The notes beneath the pieces were generated by a model that made no database searches, was not told the origin of the DNA, and saw only the letters and a program-made list of their open reading frames with translations. Positions 26,034-39,878 of a stretch of DNA of 64,000 nt are shown piece after piece. A program made the position numbers and the translations under genes. Position 1 is the first letter of the stretch. Each line of letters starts with the position of its first letter. The stretch comes from Podarcis melisellensis. Its lineage: Eukaryota. The DNA lies in NCBI GenBank assembly GCA_964234715.1, contig OZ174279.1. One strand, given 5' to 3'.

Positions 26034-29000
26034 CCATAGAAAGGTTTTCTGTCATTTAAGCAAGAAAATAGAAGAAGAAACGAGCTTAGTATTTTAAAAC
26101 AGTCAGATAACCCCCCTAATTTCTATGTTACTATTGAGAGAGAGTAGGTTATTTAAGTTTGGTGTTCATTTGCGGGGGGGGGGGGCGAATTGTTTTATTC
26201 TTTTTCTTTGCTTCATTTTGGAATAGTGGGGGAGATTTTTTTTGGTCATAAATGCCTCCTGTCCCCCCCTGCCACACCCTGTTTCCCCCAGCTATCATTA
26301 TTGGGTAACAATTGGCGCAAACATTATGGGGGGGGGGGAAGGGACATAAATCAAGAAATAAAAAAATAAAAAAATAGTTTCTGCACATTTTCAAAAAACA
26401 CGTTGTGCTCTCTGAGGTCCTTTTCATTTTAACCAAATCAGGGGGAACTTGTCCTCACAGCGGCAAGGCAGATGGAACAATAAATCACAGGAACCATTGA
26501 CTGCCTGCAGTGTACTCTCCACAGCTGTCACTTTTGTGTCTCTTTGGTTTTAGCTGACATGGTATGAGGTCCACTGTGAAACAATCTGGACTTTTTTTTT
26601 TACAGTCATATCCATCAAAACGACCAGTACCCATCAACCTACTGCCGCGATCGATTCGTTTGCTTATTCTCACGCATAAGCCAATACTCAGCTCACTAGG
26701 TGAGGCTTCGGAGAAGCACCTCATTTTGGGGAGGGGTTTGCCTCTAGCTACAGCTGCAATTTTCTGCGCATTCTTGGCTAACGTTATTAAAGTTGCATCA
26801 CGATAGATATAGAGCAAAGCAGATAACACAGGCTTTATGTGGAAGAGCAGGGAAATATGCAATAATGTCACTTGGCAATTGTTGGCTGTTGCAAATGTTT
26901 CTTTTTCAGTTGCGTCAAGATGCTTACCAAGCATTGAGTTTACAACTCGTTGTTGATTTTACAAAGTAAACAAGCAAATGTTATGTGCATAACCTTAGCT
27001 GTCTTTGTAAAGGTCAGAACGTACTTGCTAATTTCTCTTCCTGCCTTTTGGTGGCACTCTGATGCCAGCGATCGCCTCCAGTGTGTTTTGGAAACAAGAC
27101 GTCCTTTCTTAACAAAAGACTCAATCTACAAAAGACTGCAAAACAAAAATTGATTAAATGTGAACTGTTGGAGGAAAGTTTACTTGGTGTAAAAAAAAAG
27201 AAAAAGAAAAAGCCCTGCAAGCACTAAATAGCAGGTCAGCTGTAATTTGGGCTAAAGGTTACATTATACACACAGTGATTGCATATTCATGTTGGCTAAA
27301 TGAAGATTTTCTTGTTCAAACTCAAATACTAAAGGCATAACATGTGAATATAAAGATATGGAATTCATGTGAGGCTGAAGCACCTTATATTATTTTTAGA
27401 CAAGCGTTAATCTAAACATGGCCCTTTGATTCCTTTTTTTGTTGTTAAGTAGATATTTCTTAGACTATTGTAAACATTAGAACAATTTTTAACAAATCAT
27501 GTTTGTGAGCAATATGGAAGTAGAGGATGTGTGTGTGTATATATATATATTCACACATTTTAGCACAAATACACAGGCATTATTTTTGAAAGCTGTTTTC
27601 AAAACCTCTGCTTAGGTCAAGTTAAATTTATTGTATTTTATATTGCTGAGCTCCATGATTTTGAATTGAGGTGACAGCTGAAAAGCACCAGAAACTTTTA
27701 GAATTTCAGGACTATGTATTGCTATAAAGGAAGAAATTAAAGTCCCACTCCTAGAAGGCAAGTAATCGCATTTTAAAAATACAAACTTAAAAGAAGCATA
27801 TCAAAACACCCCTTTCCCCCTTAAAGATTTACGTTAAGAAAATACTTTTTCCATATGTGGACATTTCATGCACACTGCTTGTAGTTTAAAAAATCTCATT
27901 AAAATATATTTTTTTGCATGATAACGTGAAGATGTTTGGTCTTGTAAACTATATTCCCACCCACTTTTTTAAAAAAGCCTTTGATGAGTAAGTGTTCCAA
28001 TGAAATATCATTAGTGAACCTGGATATAGCAAGCACAGATTCATGATGAGAAAGCATGAGCAACAGAAATTGCCTCTATTTCCATACAAGGAAGGGAGAA
28101 CTTGGGATAGGTGGGAAAGTTGATTTTAAAAAAGTCCAACTACTACTACTACTACTAATAATAAACCTCTTAACTTTAACCAAATCATTATTATATGTTT
28201 TTATCAGTGCTGTTGCATGAACCAAAAGACACTGTTATAGACCAAATGGTGCCTTCCTTTACAAACTACAAAATTCCAGTGATTTCACTCATAGCTGTCA
28301 ATGATAGGCAAATTGAAAGTAATTGAAAGCAGAGTGTAAAGCAAGCAACATCCTATTGGACACACTGATTCTAGTACAACCAGTGGCTCTTTAAAAACCT
28401 GAATAAAGGAACACTCCATTCTGAGTATGTAAACATGCCGTGAAGCAAAGATATATGAAGCATCACAAGCTTATGTTGGATGCAAATAAAAGTTAGCAAC
28501 TGTGAGCTCTTCCTGGAGTCATGGATTCTATTGCTGCTATTTACAAAACAAAACAAAACACCCATCCTTTGAACTCAACATACATTTTGGCAAAATAAGG
28601 ACAGCAGAATATAACACGAAGAGAAATGGACTTTCAATGAAGGCCTTAAGTCACTAATGTATATAAAAATAAGATCTACAGATGGGAAAGGTCAACAGTC
28701 CTGAAATCTTTCCATTTTGAAATGAGCACATTTTAGAACTGGGTTTCTGGTATAAAGGGTAGTTATCTTTATAAATAAAGATCTCTCTGTATGTTAGTCC
28801 TAACAGCACAGAAATTGGTATGTTTTCTGTGAATCTTTTCCCCCAATTTGCATTCAGCAAAAGTGCAGTTGCAGCCAAAAATCCTGCAAGGGGGAAGACT
28901 GACAAGGAAATTTCTTCATTGGCTCGGTATGATAAATTTGGATGGCTCGTAAAGTCTAAGCTAGCAGTTGCAGCTGTTTCTTTTCTCAAAAAGCTAATCT

Positions 29001-30762
29001 TGCAAATACTATTGTACACATGCTTAATTTGGAACACTCAATCTCACAATTAACTTGTGTTTTTTTTTAATATTCAAATGACTTCACAACATCTCTGTTT
29101 ACAGTATATATGCCTTCTATAAAGGAAATGCCCCAAATTCATCCCAGTAAAATTTCAAGCTGCTTTCTGCCTATATTTTGAACATTTCTTTATCTGTCCT
29201 AGTTTTTGAAAAATTCAGTATATTGCCTATTAAATCTGTTTTTCCTTTAAAAAGCTATGATTCTTAAGAATGCACAGTAAAGTGTATGATGCCAACATTT
29301 GCCTAAATAGGAACACAATTAGAAATGCATTTATACTGAAACCTATAATTTTTTATAATGTGATGCTTTGTTTTCATTTTTAAATGAGAGGGGAGAGAGT
29401 GAGTCTATTCAAATTACAGTTGAAAGCAGAGGAAACTAAACTTGGTATATATTAAGCCATGGTGCTGTCAGGGCAGGTTTTAGGACAGAAGTCAATGTAG
29501 CCACACAAAATAAGTACCCCCCCCCCCAAAGGCAGCATGCCTGGCTTTATCACATTTTGAAATTAACTAATACACATTACAATCTAAAGAGTGAAGGGAG
29601 GGGTGTATGATCATGAAGTCCAGAGTCTTCACTGTGCCACTGATATTAAAGTTGGACATCCCATTCCTATTGCCTTTTTATGATTTGGGTCACAATAGCA
29701 TTTATTCCACCTTCTGATTGGTTAGCTATGCTCCTAGGCTGTGCAAAAATAAGGAACTGTGGCTCCTGGTTTTAATGTTTGGATGAAGTGTAAGATCACA
29801 ATGGTGTCATATAGAAAATACCCCGTGGGGTGAAGCTGCTAGGATTATGGCCACTGCTACTTCAGCTTGAGGGTCAGGAACAGAAAATGGAGACCAGAGG
29901 ACCCTTATAACAAATGCCCCGGCATGGTCAAAGAAAGCGGCAAAATAGTCATTTATTTCAGCATCTTGTTCAGAATGGTGGTAAAACTGGGGCAGCAACT
30001 CAGCTGTCTTAACAAAACTGCATAATTAAGAAATGAAATTTTATTTCACTGGGTTTGATAATATTTGAAAGGTTTATAGAAGAGGGTTTTTTTTTTCTTT
30101 CTTTAGTGGCTGTCATCTGGGACAACTAGACTTGCTGATTTTGCTTTCTGGATGTTCTCTCATTCCTGGTGTGTGTGTGTTTGAGAGAGAGTGAGTTAGT
30201 TTACAGGTTATTAACCCTAAATGTTGCTGACACATTTAAAAGGTTGAGTCTTAGGGAAAAGTGTAAGATTGACATATATGAATACTGATTAAGCAAGTTC
30301 AAATGATTAAGGAAAACAGGGCATTCCACAGTAATGTCCTTAACTAAAACTATTTGGGGGGAGTAAGTAGTAACTAATTGCATCTGTTGGCTGAAGGTGG
30401 AGCAGGTTTAGCATTCCCATTATGTTACAAAATTAACAGTTATGAATTGCTCATTTTGGAGTCATTTCTTTGAAAAATTACTCATAGGCTTGTATTGGTA
30501 TTTTATTCTTTTTCACTACGGAAGAATTGTTGCACAGAACATCAAAACATTGCAAATGATACAAGAGCTATATTTAGCTTGTTATCAATGAAATTCCAGC
30601 AGGGATCTGCATCTTTTACAACGCCCCATGCATCTGTGGGAAGAATTTTAGACATCTGTAATTGCTCTGCCTTTCCAGTATGGCTTTGGGGTATCAAGTG
30701 CTACTTTATTTGAATATCATAAGTAGCGAGTTGCTCTAAGCAAAGAAACAAAAACAAAAAAC

Positions 30763-30766
<4 letters not shown>

Positions 30767-30794
<28 letters not shown>
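30767..30794. repeat. (CA)n microsatellite
   Basis: Direct reading. Confidence 0.95.
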
Positions 30795-30799
<5 letters not shown>

Positions 30800-33398
30800 T
30801 GTCAGTTGCCCAGGTGACATTTTGTAGCAAACAAGGAAATCACAACTCCAGGAAGTGTTGTATTTTATGCCAACAACAATATGACAGTTTTCTCTGTAAA
30901 GAAAACATGACACTTTTCCAAATATCAGAGGATGCCTCCGCCGCTCCAGGGATTCCTGTACTGTCACTGAAATGGAAGGTCACAGGCTGGCTTCATGATT
31001 TCTATAGTTTCAAAATGTTGTGGTAGAGCGTCTCCACGCTAAATGCTGTAGGCTAAGGGAAATCTCTTCCTTCATCTCTGAAAGGAGTGACAGGAAGAAA
31101 AAGGTCCCGCTTTGACAGCAGTAACCTCTAGGTCTGGAGGTGCTGGCCCTAGCAACTCTGAAGTGAAATTACCTATGTTAATATGTTGTTGTCTCTGTCT
31201 GGTATATAAATACACACATACGTGTGTGCGTGAGAGAGAGAGGAGGAGGAGGAGGAGGAGAGGGGGAGAGAATGTGCCTTGTGCTCTTAAAGAACATACT
31301 TTGAAAGCTATGGGAAGGAAATGTATTCGAAAACTCTGTTCTATAAGCAATGCTTCCAGAAAGCATTGGGCTTGGTTTATTCTCAGCTAGCCTAACCAGG
31401 TGGAAACAAGGCCGGCTTGAATAACTGTATCCCCTCTTGGAAAGATAACCCTAGTGTTTAGAGGGCTGTGACAAAAGTCATGGACACGGACAGTTGCTCC
31501 ATACATTTCTAGTCAATTCATGAGAGAAGGGGGAAGCCAGGTTCTCTGTATATATACTGACACTTCCTAAATGTTGCGGCTGGATTTGTGTTTTTCCCCG
31601 GGAAGGGGTGGAAACAAGTGAGCATAAGCAATCACTGTTGATGACACTACAGAAACACACAGCAAAATCAGAGGGACACTTCCTGTCGTCAGGCTGGAAT
31701 GTGTCCTGAGGTTTCGACTTCAGTGCTGCCAGTCCCATCCAAAGCAAGGCAACAGTCTCTGAAATCCATTTCTCAGAAGACGTGAATTTTCTGTTTCCAA
31801 CCCTCAAGAGTCAAACTGCTGTTTGGCACACCAAGGCATAATTGAATGGATAACCTGCTGGTTGCTTAAAGCCAGGAGAGGGGAAAAAACAACATGCTTT
31901 CAGAATATGGAAAGAATTGAAACCCATTTGTTCCTAGCGTTCCTCCTCTCTCCAAAGCACTCAGATCAAAACACACCTTACTCTATAGATTATATACTTC
32001 CTGCTGCCCATTTTATAAGCAATAAGAATTTAATAACTGAGGGCAACTCTATAGTAATATTTATATGGGTCAAGTGGCTTAAAGAGTATGCAATAAATGT
32101 AACATTATGAACCACATTGCCCCTTTTTAAATAATGCAGCTTGAACCACGGTATTATGTTTCATATTCTGGGGGAAAAAGGTGTCTCAGCATACGCTTTT
32201 GGAATACAACAGACATGAAAAGTTATACTGATCCCATAATAAAATCACTGCCTGTTTAATATGGTGTGTTATGTAGAGCTCCAGATCTTAATAGCAGACC
32301 ACAGCAAGAATGTCCCAGATGATATCAACAAAACCTTCACTTTCTCATTAGCAATCAGCAAATTCTCCTGGTGTCTGCTAGTTTCAAATAAGGGCAAGTG
32401 CCTCTATGCCTTGTGTGAAGCCCAATAGGATCATAGAAATAATGTAGTCTAATCAGCAGTGAACACACGAGAGCCGGCATTCATAACAGAATGAAGGGAG
32501 TTTGGTGACTCCTATTCAGCAGCTCTTAACAGTTTCCAACATTCTGAAAAGGAAACCTGCCATGTTGGTAGGAAGTGGAGAATGGAAGATTTCTGCCCTT
32601 TACAGCTTGCCCTAAATGTCTTATCATCTATTGTGATAGAAGAAAGCACACCATTATAAGTGACTGGGTGAAGTAGTGGCAAGAGCATATCTCCAAATAT
32701 TTAAGAATAATACGCATTGTGTGTCATTGGTGTTCTGAAATGCAAATAAGTCCTTGTATTAGTAGTAGTAGTGGTGGTGGTAGTAGTAATTAGAAAAGGT
32801 GTTTCTTTCAGAGGGCAGTGAACTTTTGGGATAGTAAAGCTATAACACAGAAAAGTTATTGATGTGAAATATAAACACACACACACACACACACACACTA
32901 ATTCTTCTGGCTGGGATCCTCAAATCACTTTTTGTAGAATGCATGATGGCAGATCGAACATTTGCAGCACTGCGGCCTACAGGTATATAATTCTGTTAAT
33001 TACATTTCCTCCAGGGTAGCAAACATGATCCTCCCTCCACCACTCCCAGTTTTACCTTCACATGCTTGTGAAACAGTTTAGCCTGAGAGTTTTTAGGTCA
33101 GATTTGTCCTGTGAGCATCATGGAAGTCAGGAGGTGCTGAAGCAGAACCAAGAAACTTTGATTTGATGTGATTCTATGTGCAGCTGCACTTATATGTAGA
33201 AGCTGGTGAACTACCAGAGCTTGGAACATCTTCCAGGGAGTGGCGTATCCTCATGATCCAGACTGAGATCCTGGACATTAGACCTTCCTGAACAGGAAAG
33301 GTGCTGAAAGGCTCCCTCTTTTCAGATGAGACTTTGCCTGAACAGCAAGGTCTTCCTGGCTTGGAGGTTTTTGTGTATTTCTCGTGTAGCTCCTGGTT

Positions 33399-33535
33399 AT
33401 AAGAATGTAAGAAGAGACATGGTGGATCATTCCGAAGGCCCATCTAATCTAGCATCTTGTCCTCATGGTGGTCAACCAGATGCCTATGGGAAGCCCATAA
33501 GAAGGACCTGAGTGCAAGAGCCTTCTCCCCATTTG
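33399..33535 (-). mobile_element. CR1 LINE 3'-end remnant
   Basis: ATAAGAATGTAAGAAGAG..TGGATCA..GGCCCATCTAATCTAGCATC..GGTGGTCAACCAGATGCC is the reverse of a squamate CR1 3' UTR. Similar remnants lie at ~38645-38830 (-) and ~53030-53130 (+). Confidence 0.65.
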
Positions 33536-33564
33536 TGGTTGCAATTATGCAGAGGCAATACAAA

Positions 33565-33681
33565 CATGGGCATAGCCAGGATTTTTTTTGGAGGGGGGCG
33601 CAGAACCTCCGTTAGCTATGTATTTTTATTGATTTAGTGGGGGCAGCTGCCCCTCCCTGCCTCCCCTTGTCTACGTCCATG
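33565..33681. mobile_element. hAT MITE (117 bp)
   Basis: TIR CATGGGCATAGCCAGG...CCTTGTCTACGTCCATG and a perfect 8-bp TSD AATACAAA (33557-33564, 33682-33689). A related left end lies at 60360. Confidence 0.9.
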
Positions 33682-34314
33682 AATACAAACATCTTCCTCT
33701 GTTCCAACTCCTGGTCTTGTTCTCCAGGCCTTGCACCCTGATGTTGACTACTTGGCTAAACTCTCAGGTGCCGACACCTACCTACAGCTCAACCTTAACA
33801 ATGGCTGAAAGAAGGTTTGAATTTGACCGTATACCTCTTAAGGTGCTATCAGACTCCACTTTGTTTTGCAAGTCACTGTTGGGTAAAGGCCTTACCACTA
33901 CTGGCCTGCCATTTTATTATGTGGTAAGTGCAAGTCTTGCCATGTTTCTTTCAAATCTGCAGTAAGTACTGCTGGCATGTACCTTGCTATTGATTTTGGG
34001 CATACCCTTATAGCATTTCTGGTCCTATGAATAAGGTTATTACAACCTCTGGATATCCTTTGGGTAACCTATGGGATCCTTATCAAACTCAAAGAATACA
34101 ACACTGACTTGCTGTTTCTTAATAGTACACTGAAGGCAAATTTCAGTGCTACTTGTGCTTTAGGCAGAATAACTATAGTTTGGATATTGCGATAAAATCC
34201 CTAGAGGTTAGCCTGAATCCCCCCAGGCTCTAGACTGGGCAGTTGTGACTATAAACGATTACGTACTTCAGAACAATTGATTTGTGCTTATAGAACATCC
34301 CTGTCCCTTTACTA

Positions 34315-34447
34315 CAGGCTTCCTCAACCTTGGCCCTCCCTCCAGATGTTTTGAGATTACAATTCGCATCACCACTGGTCCTGCTAGCTAGGGATCATGG
34401 GAGTTGTAGGCGAAAAACATCCGGAGGGCCGAGGTTGAGGAAGCATG
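34315..34447. mobile_element. Short palindromic hAT MITE
   Basis: TIR CAGGCTTCCTCAACCT...AGGTTGAGGAAGCATG and a perfect 8-bp TSD CTTTACTA (34307-34314, 34448-34455). Confidence 0.9.
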
Positions 34448-35425
34448 CTTTACTACATAAGGGCATGTCTAGACTGGGGACTCAGCTACATTATTAAAGA
34501 AAAAGCATTTTATATGCGTTATAACACTGTGACAACAGATGGCACTGTGGAGTCCCATCTTTTGCCAACGTAATTTTGCACTATGAAGGTTAGAATGCAT
34601 TTTCCTGAAACACTTTTTTGATGTGTCTAGGTCCAGCCTGGGTTTTGCAATGGTTGGTTGCACTGAATCAGTATGTCTGACCCCTACAAGGCCCTTGGGA
34701 CATATCGGCCCTTGTTATGGTTAGGGATAGTCTGAAAATACTAAAAGTTACTGCATAGCACTATATCCAGGTGCTAGCTGTAATTTCTTTGGCTCAAGTA
34801 CCTCTACTTAGCACTTTTGATTTAGTCTTGGAGGTGACTGAGAGAAGTTGCTATGCAAACACTGCCAAACACTGTCAAAATGTGAGGCAATCCTCTTCCA
34901 GGATATGTGGGCAGTTGCTCTGGGAAGCTGAGATGGCCCTCGCTCAATATTTTGCATGCTCCTTTACATGATCAGGAAATGGACCGGTCAGTGCAAAATG
35001 CTTACCCCTTGGGCTTGGTGCACTACTGACTGCCATGTTGACTGGCTGGTCTAATGAGGTACCTGGCTATTTGACATGGGATTTTTAACTGTGCCGCAAG
35101 ATTTCTTCAGGACTATTCCAGCACAATAATAATAATAATCTAACTGGAAATCCTTCCTTCCATCTGTTTTGATTTCCCAAGCCTTGCAGCATCCCTTGAG
35201 CTACTTAGGTAGAGCAGAACTGAAATTATGATTTGAGCAGGGAATTCTTGGTGTCATGCAGGCCTCATAATGCTAATGTGGATATGGGGTGTGCGCACAA
35301 AAGAGAGTTAGCTTGTGAGTTTGAGGTGATTAACCTTTCCTGGGTTCAAGACAGTTTACATACAATACAACAAAACAGGAAACAGGAAAGTAAAAGAACA
35401 ACAGGCAATTGTAGCGCAAGCTCTG

Positions 35426-35718
35426 CAGGGCTGGCCCAAGACATTTTGTGGCCTGGAGCAAATTATAGTGCCCTCTTCCCATTCCACGTACAGAAGCTGA
35501 TTGGACTGACAGCTGCATCATACTTCAACACAGATGATGGGGTAGCAAGCTTCATTACACTTGAGGCACCATGTCGGTTTTGAGGGCCCAAGAGAGGTCA
35601 TGCTGCAACAGAGGGGAATGGCTGAAGGTCTGAGGAAGAATAACCAGCTGCTATGCTGGCCCTGTGCATCTGCTGCCTCAGGTAGTTGTCTCACTGTATA
35701 ATGGTAGAGCCAGTCCTA
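35426..35718. mobile_element. Old hAT-like MITE (CAGGGCTGG ends)
   Basis: CAGGGCTGGCCCAAGACATTTTG...GAGCCAGTCCTA. An inverted relative lies at 39308-39610. Confidence 0.6.
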
Positions 35719-36192
35719 TGTTGATGACTTTACTTGTGTGTAATGGTAATAAACAGAGCATGATTGGTAGAGTAGGGGCTTATACGGAGAGGTGGTCTCT
35801 AAGGCATGTTTGTTCCAGGCCATGAAGATATCAAACGAGCATTTTGAACTGGGCCTGGAAAGGCACAAGCAGCCAGTCTGGTTGCTGAAGAAAATGTTGG
35901 GTATGTCCTCACTTGTCTGCACTGTAGTCATCAGGGGGAATGCTGCAACATTATGGGTGGCAGCCAACTAACTTTTACTCAGAGCAAACCCACCCAAATT
36001 AATGAATATGGCTAAATTATGTCCATTAATTTCAATATGTCTACTCTGGGGTAAAATGCCACCCTATCCAGTCAACGCCAAAGGCAGTGCCATGAAAAGT
36101 ATTGTTGAAGATAAGGATCGTGCAGACACCTCTATTCTGAAAAGGGTTGGGACCTTTGGAACAGGTGCAGTTGATGAAATGCACAGCCAGTA

Positions 36193-36434
36193 CAGTGGTA
36201 CCTCAGGTTACATACGCTTCAGGTTACATACGCTTCAGGTTACAGACTCCGCTAACCCAGAAATAGTACCTCGGGTTAAAAACTTTGCTTCAGGATGAGA
36301 ACAGAAATCGTGCTCCGGCGGTGTGGCAGCAGCAGGAGGCCACATTAGCTAAAGTGGTGCTTCAGGTTAAGAACAGTTTCATGTTAAGAACGGACCCCTG
36401 GAACCAATTAAGTACGTAACCAGAGGTACCACTG
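36193..36434 (+). mobile_element. Tc1/mariner (pogo/Tigger-like) MITE
   Basis: TA-CAGTGGTACCTC...GAGGTACCACTG-TA, with an internal tandem duplication of CAGGTTACATACGCTT. Confidence 0.93.
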
Positions 36435-38846
36435 TAATTGCTGCTACCTATCCTTACAGAATTAACAAAAGGTCCAGGAGAATTTCAAGTCCTCAAAACT
36501 GCATTGATGGGCTTTGGTGCAATGTGTGTCATTGATGCAAAACAGGCAGGGAAAAACACCCATCATGAGCACCGGGATTGCCAGTTAGGCTATTACCCTT
36601 AAGCAACAATGGCTGGGAAGTAAGTGCCACTGAACTCAGTTGTTCACATTTCTAAGTAAACATGCTTAGGATGAAAGTAGTTTACACTTGACTTTGGGGA
36701 GCTCTTGTGAAGTCTGCAGTTTGCGTGGGACATCCTTGTGTGGAAGAGCGAAAGGCAGACTGTATTATTGCTGCTACAGGGATTTCTTGGACCATCCTGA
36801 GAAAACAGTCGCAAGCTGCGTGGAGGGTAGCAAGAAATACAAGTTTATGGCCTCTGTGGGGATTTCCTTCATACATGCTAGCAACTCCCGGGAAGCCTCT
36901 GGATATGAATATTGTTCTGAAAGGGAGTCAGAGGCTGACTGGTTATTATGACAAAGCTGAATGGACTGAATTGATTAGAAATATTTTCTTACATTTATAT
37001 CCTGCCTTTCTTCTGTCATGGATCCCAAGGCGTTCCCCAGTCAGGCACCCACCCAGGCACTGACCCAACGCAGACCTGCCAGGTGGTGGCCTCACAAACC
37101 TTCGGACCATACCTTGTTCCCTGCTCAGGTTTTCAAGAGCCAATGACAGTCACAAATTATGTAATATTTTTAATCCCTCTCAGCCCCCATGCATTTCAGG
37201 CACCTGTATAAATAAGGGGAAATGAGCGATAAAGAGAGAGATTAGACTGAGTTGTTTGACAATGGCAGAGAGCCACAGCATTTTTAGCAGCTGGGACGTA
37301 TCACTGAAACCGGAGCTATGCCGTTTGGAGACAGGATGAGCTGTGGAAACATAGGAAAGGACAGATATATCACTAGGCTCTATTTTGAAGTATCTCCAGT
37401 CTTCAGAGGGAGTCAATTACAAGGAGGGTCAGTTCCCAGAAGTAATGTAGTCCTTCTGTAATGGGTGTCTGTTATTCTGTACTAAATAAAGACAGATGAA
37501 AGAAATAATCAAACAAGAGAGAGAAGGGAAATCTCCAATCAGGGCTCACAGACATTCCTTTCATATGTAGGTACCACCAGCATCTTCAGAATTGTGTTTA
37601 TAATTTTGCAAAAGGTTTAAATAGGGACCTGTTGGCTATTCACATTTGCATATTTCTGAGCTACTTAGCTGTTTAAGGACAAAGATAACAAAATAGTACA
37701 TATTATCCAAGCTTTCAAGACATCAAAGATGTATTCTTCAAGCCCAGAATATTGCTTAAAATGACACTTCTAAGCACAGAGCCTAAGAAGTGTAGTTAAG
37801 GATTGTAGCTTTCATTGTATCCAACACATAAAGAAGGGAGCCTTTGAGGTGTTAGAACCTTGTTTGACTGTCTTTTCTTTTCTTTTTTATTCCTTTGCAA
37901 GCTTAAAAAGGTATCATTAATAACACACTGATGTCTCTCTGTTTGTTCTACCTCACAAGACACTTTCCAAACTAATTTTGAGAAAAGCTATTGAAACCCT
38001 TAGTATTTACTTGATTTTACACAATGATTTCCCCCCACAAGACACCTGCTAAGCAAGAAGGGTAGAAAGCTATTTACATAAACATGTTTAAACTTAATAA
38101 AAGAGATGGTGTTTAAAGAGCAAGGGAAATCAAAGTGTTCGCACACTCAGAGGCAGCAATACATGAACAAGTAGCCAGGCTTCAGTGGAACTCTTAAAGA
38201 CAGCAAAAAGAATAATTTAAACTGTGATCCTATATCCTGTGTAAGCCCCATAGATTGCAATCCTAACCACATTTTACTAGGAAGTGTCATTGAATCTTCT
38301 GGGATTTGCTTCTGAGGGGAATCTGTTTAGGATTACACTGTAAATGAACCTTATAAATGTAAAGCCACATCTGGATAAAACCATTTCTATCTTATTATCA
38401 TTCCTTTCAGACCTATGCCAAAAATCCAAGTGAAAACACAGCAGTGTGGCTGCAGAACAAAGGCAAGGTTAGGGCCTGCCTTTTAAATGTGGGGTAACAA
38501 GCAAAGCAGTCTGCAGGCTCCTATGTATTAATGAGGTGGCTGAAATTATTTAGCTTACGAACATGAAAAAATATTTTGCTAATAAAGCTTTGGTTCACTG
38601 GCAGTAAGAGAAATGCTCCAAGGGTGAGCTTGGAATAACGTTTTCTAAGCATGTAAGAAGAATTTTGTGGGATCAGGCCCAGATCCATTTATTCAGTCAC
38701 CCTGTTTTCCAACAGTAGTGAGCTAGGCACCTCCAGGAACTGCACAAGCAAGATGCAAATGTGACTGCTTTCTCCAGACCTGGTTTATTCCCAAGAAGTA
38801 TCCTGTTGTTTAACAGGCAGGTTTCAGTGTCATGTAGTGGTTACAG

Positions 38847-39137
38847 CAGGGATGGCTAACCCTGTTTAGAGTCTTAATCCAGCCCTCAAAGCAAATGTTT
38901 TGCCCTCCCAACTCCACTGATTTTGGTGGCGACAGTAGCAAAGAGAGAGAGAGTGAGAAATTAAACAGACCAGAGTAAGGAACTCCTAGCCTCTAAGCCA
39001 AATTTGACCCAGCCGAGGTCTCAATTTGGCCCACAAGCAACACCTAGCTGCCGCATGTGGCGACGGAGGAAGAATTGGAAGTTTTAAGTGATAAACATCT
39101 GCTCCCCACTCCAGGCCAAAGAGGTTCCCCACCCTTG
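38847..39137. mobile_element. Old hAT-like element
   Basis: Termini CAGGGATGGCTAACC...GGTTCCCCACCCTTG. No TSD remains. Confidence 0.5.
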
Positions 39138-39307
39138 AAGCAGATACAGTGCTGGGGTAAAACCTGATGAGGATTCAAATTGCCCCCTTTCTGGTTGTCA
39201 GATTATTTCACAAGTAGAGAGAGGGTGATAATATACACACCTCTCCTCAACTGAACTTCATGGAGTTGTGTTTATGTTTGCCTCTGTGTGAGAGACAGTC
39301 CCCAGAG

Positions 39308-39610
39308 CAGGGCTGGTGTGGCCATTGGACAGAGTAAGCCAACTACCTCAGGTGGCAGTTGATGAGGGATGGAAGCAGTATATCCTCCTTGGCTGTTCTC
39401 TGTTGGAGGGCAGAAGTTGGTACACCAGGTGGCCTGTGCTGCATACCCTGAACTAGCTAGCAGCCCTTGTGTTTGCTGAAAGATGCTGTTATCCTGTTGC
39501 CAGTGTTGACGATTGCATCAGCCCTCAGTCCGGTCACCTTCTGATCATGGACAGGGGGAGAACCATCTTGTCTTTTGCCTCTGGCAGCAAAATGTCATAG
39601 GCCAGTTCAG
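39308..39610. mobile_element. Old hAT-like MITE, inverted relative of 35426-35718
   Basis: Shared motifs CAACTACCTCAGGTGGCAG and CAAAATGTCATAGGCCAG. Confidence 0.55.
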
Positions 39611-39689
39611 CCCCAGAGGGTTGGTCAAGGGTGAAAGTGACCCTTGGGTGAAAAAAGAAGAAGAAAGGTTAGCCATCTCTTGGGCTTGG

Positions 39690-39878
39690 ACTGGAGAGAC
39701 CCATGCTCAACTCCTTGCTTAGCCCTGAAGCTCATTTGATGACCTTGGGCCAATCTCCTTCTTCTGTGCCTAGTCTACCTTGCAGGGTTATTGTGATGAT
39801 AAACACTGAAGGGTAAAGAACCACACATGCTGTTCTGGGTTCCTTGGAAGAAAGGTGGGATATAAATGAAATAAATTA
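39690..39878 (+). mobile_element. MIR/CORE-like SINE remnant
   Basis: TGAAGCTCA..TGACCTTGGGCCA..CTACCTTGCAGGGTTATTGTG..GGTGGGATATAAATG core with an L2-like tail. Similar copies lie at ~43775-43925 and ~51245-51362. Confidence 0.7.

Noticed and set aside
26541-26566. TCTTTGGTTTTAGCTG resembling miR-9
   Set aside because: It diverges from mature miR-9 after 9 nt and has no complementary star arm.
33717-34060. ORF 33717-33965 with an acceptor and a GTAAGT donor
   Set aside because: The peptide is not recognisable. It may be a decayed LINE fragment, and I cannot support either call.
38411-38467. 57-nt plus-strand exon-like segment
   Set aside because: The donor (GTTAGG) is weak, the peptide is unrecognised and the context is TE-rich.
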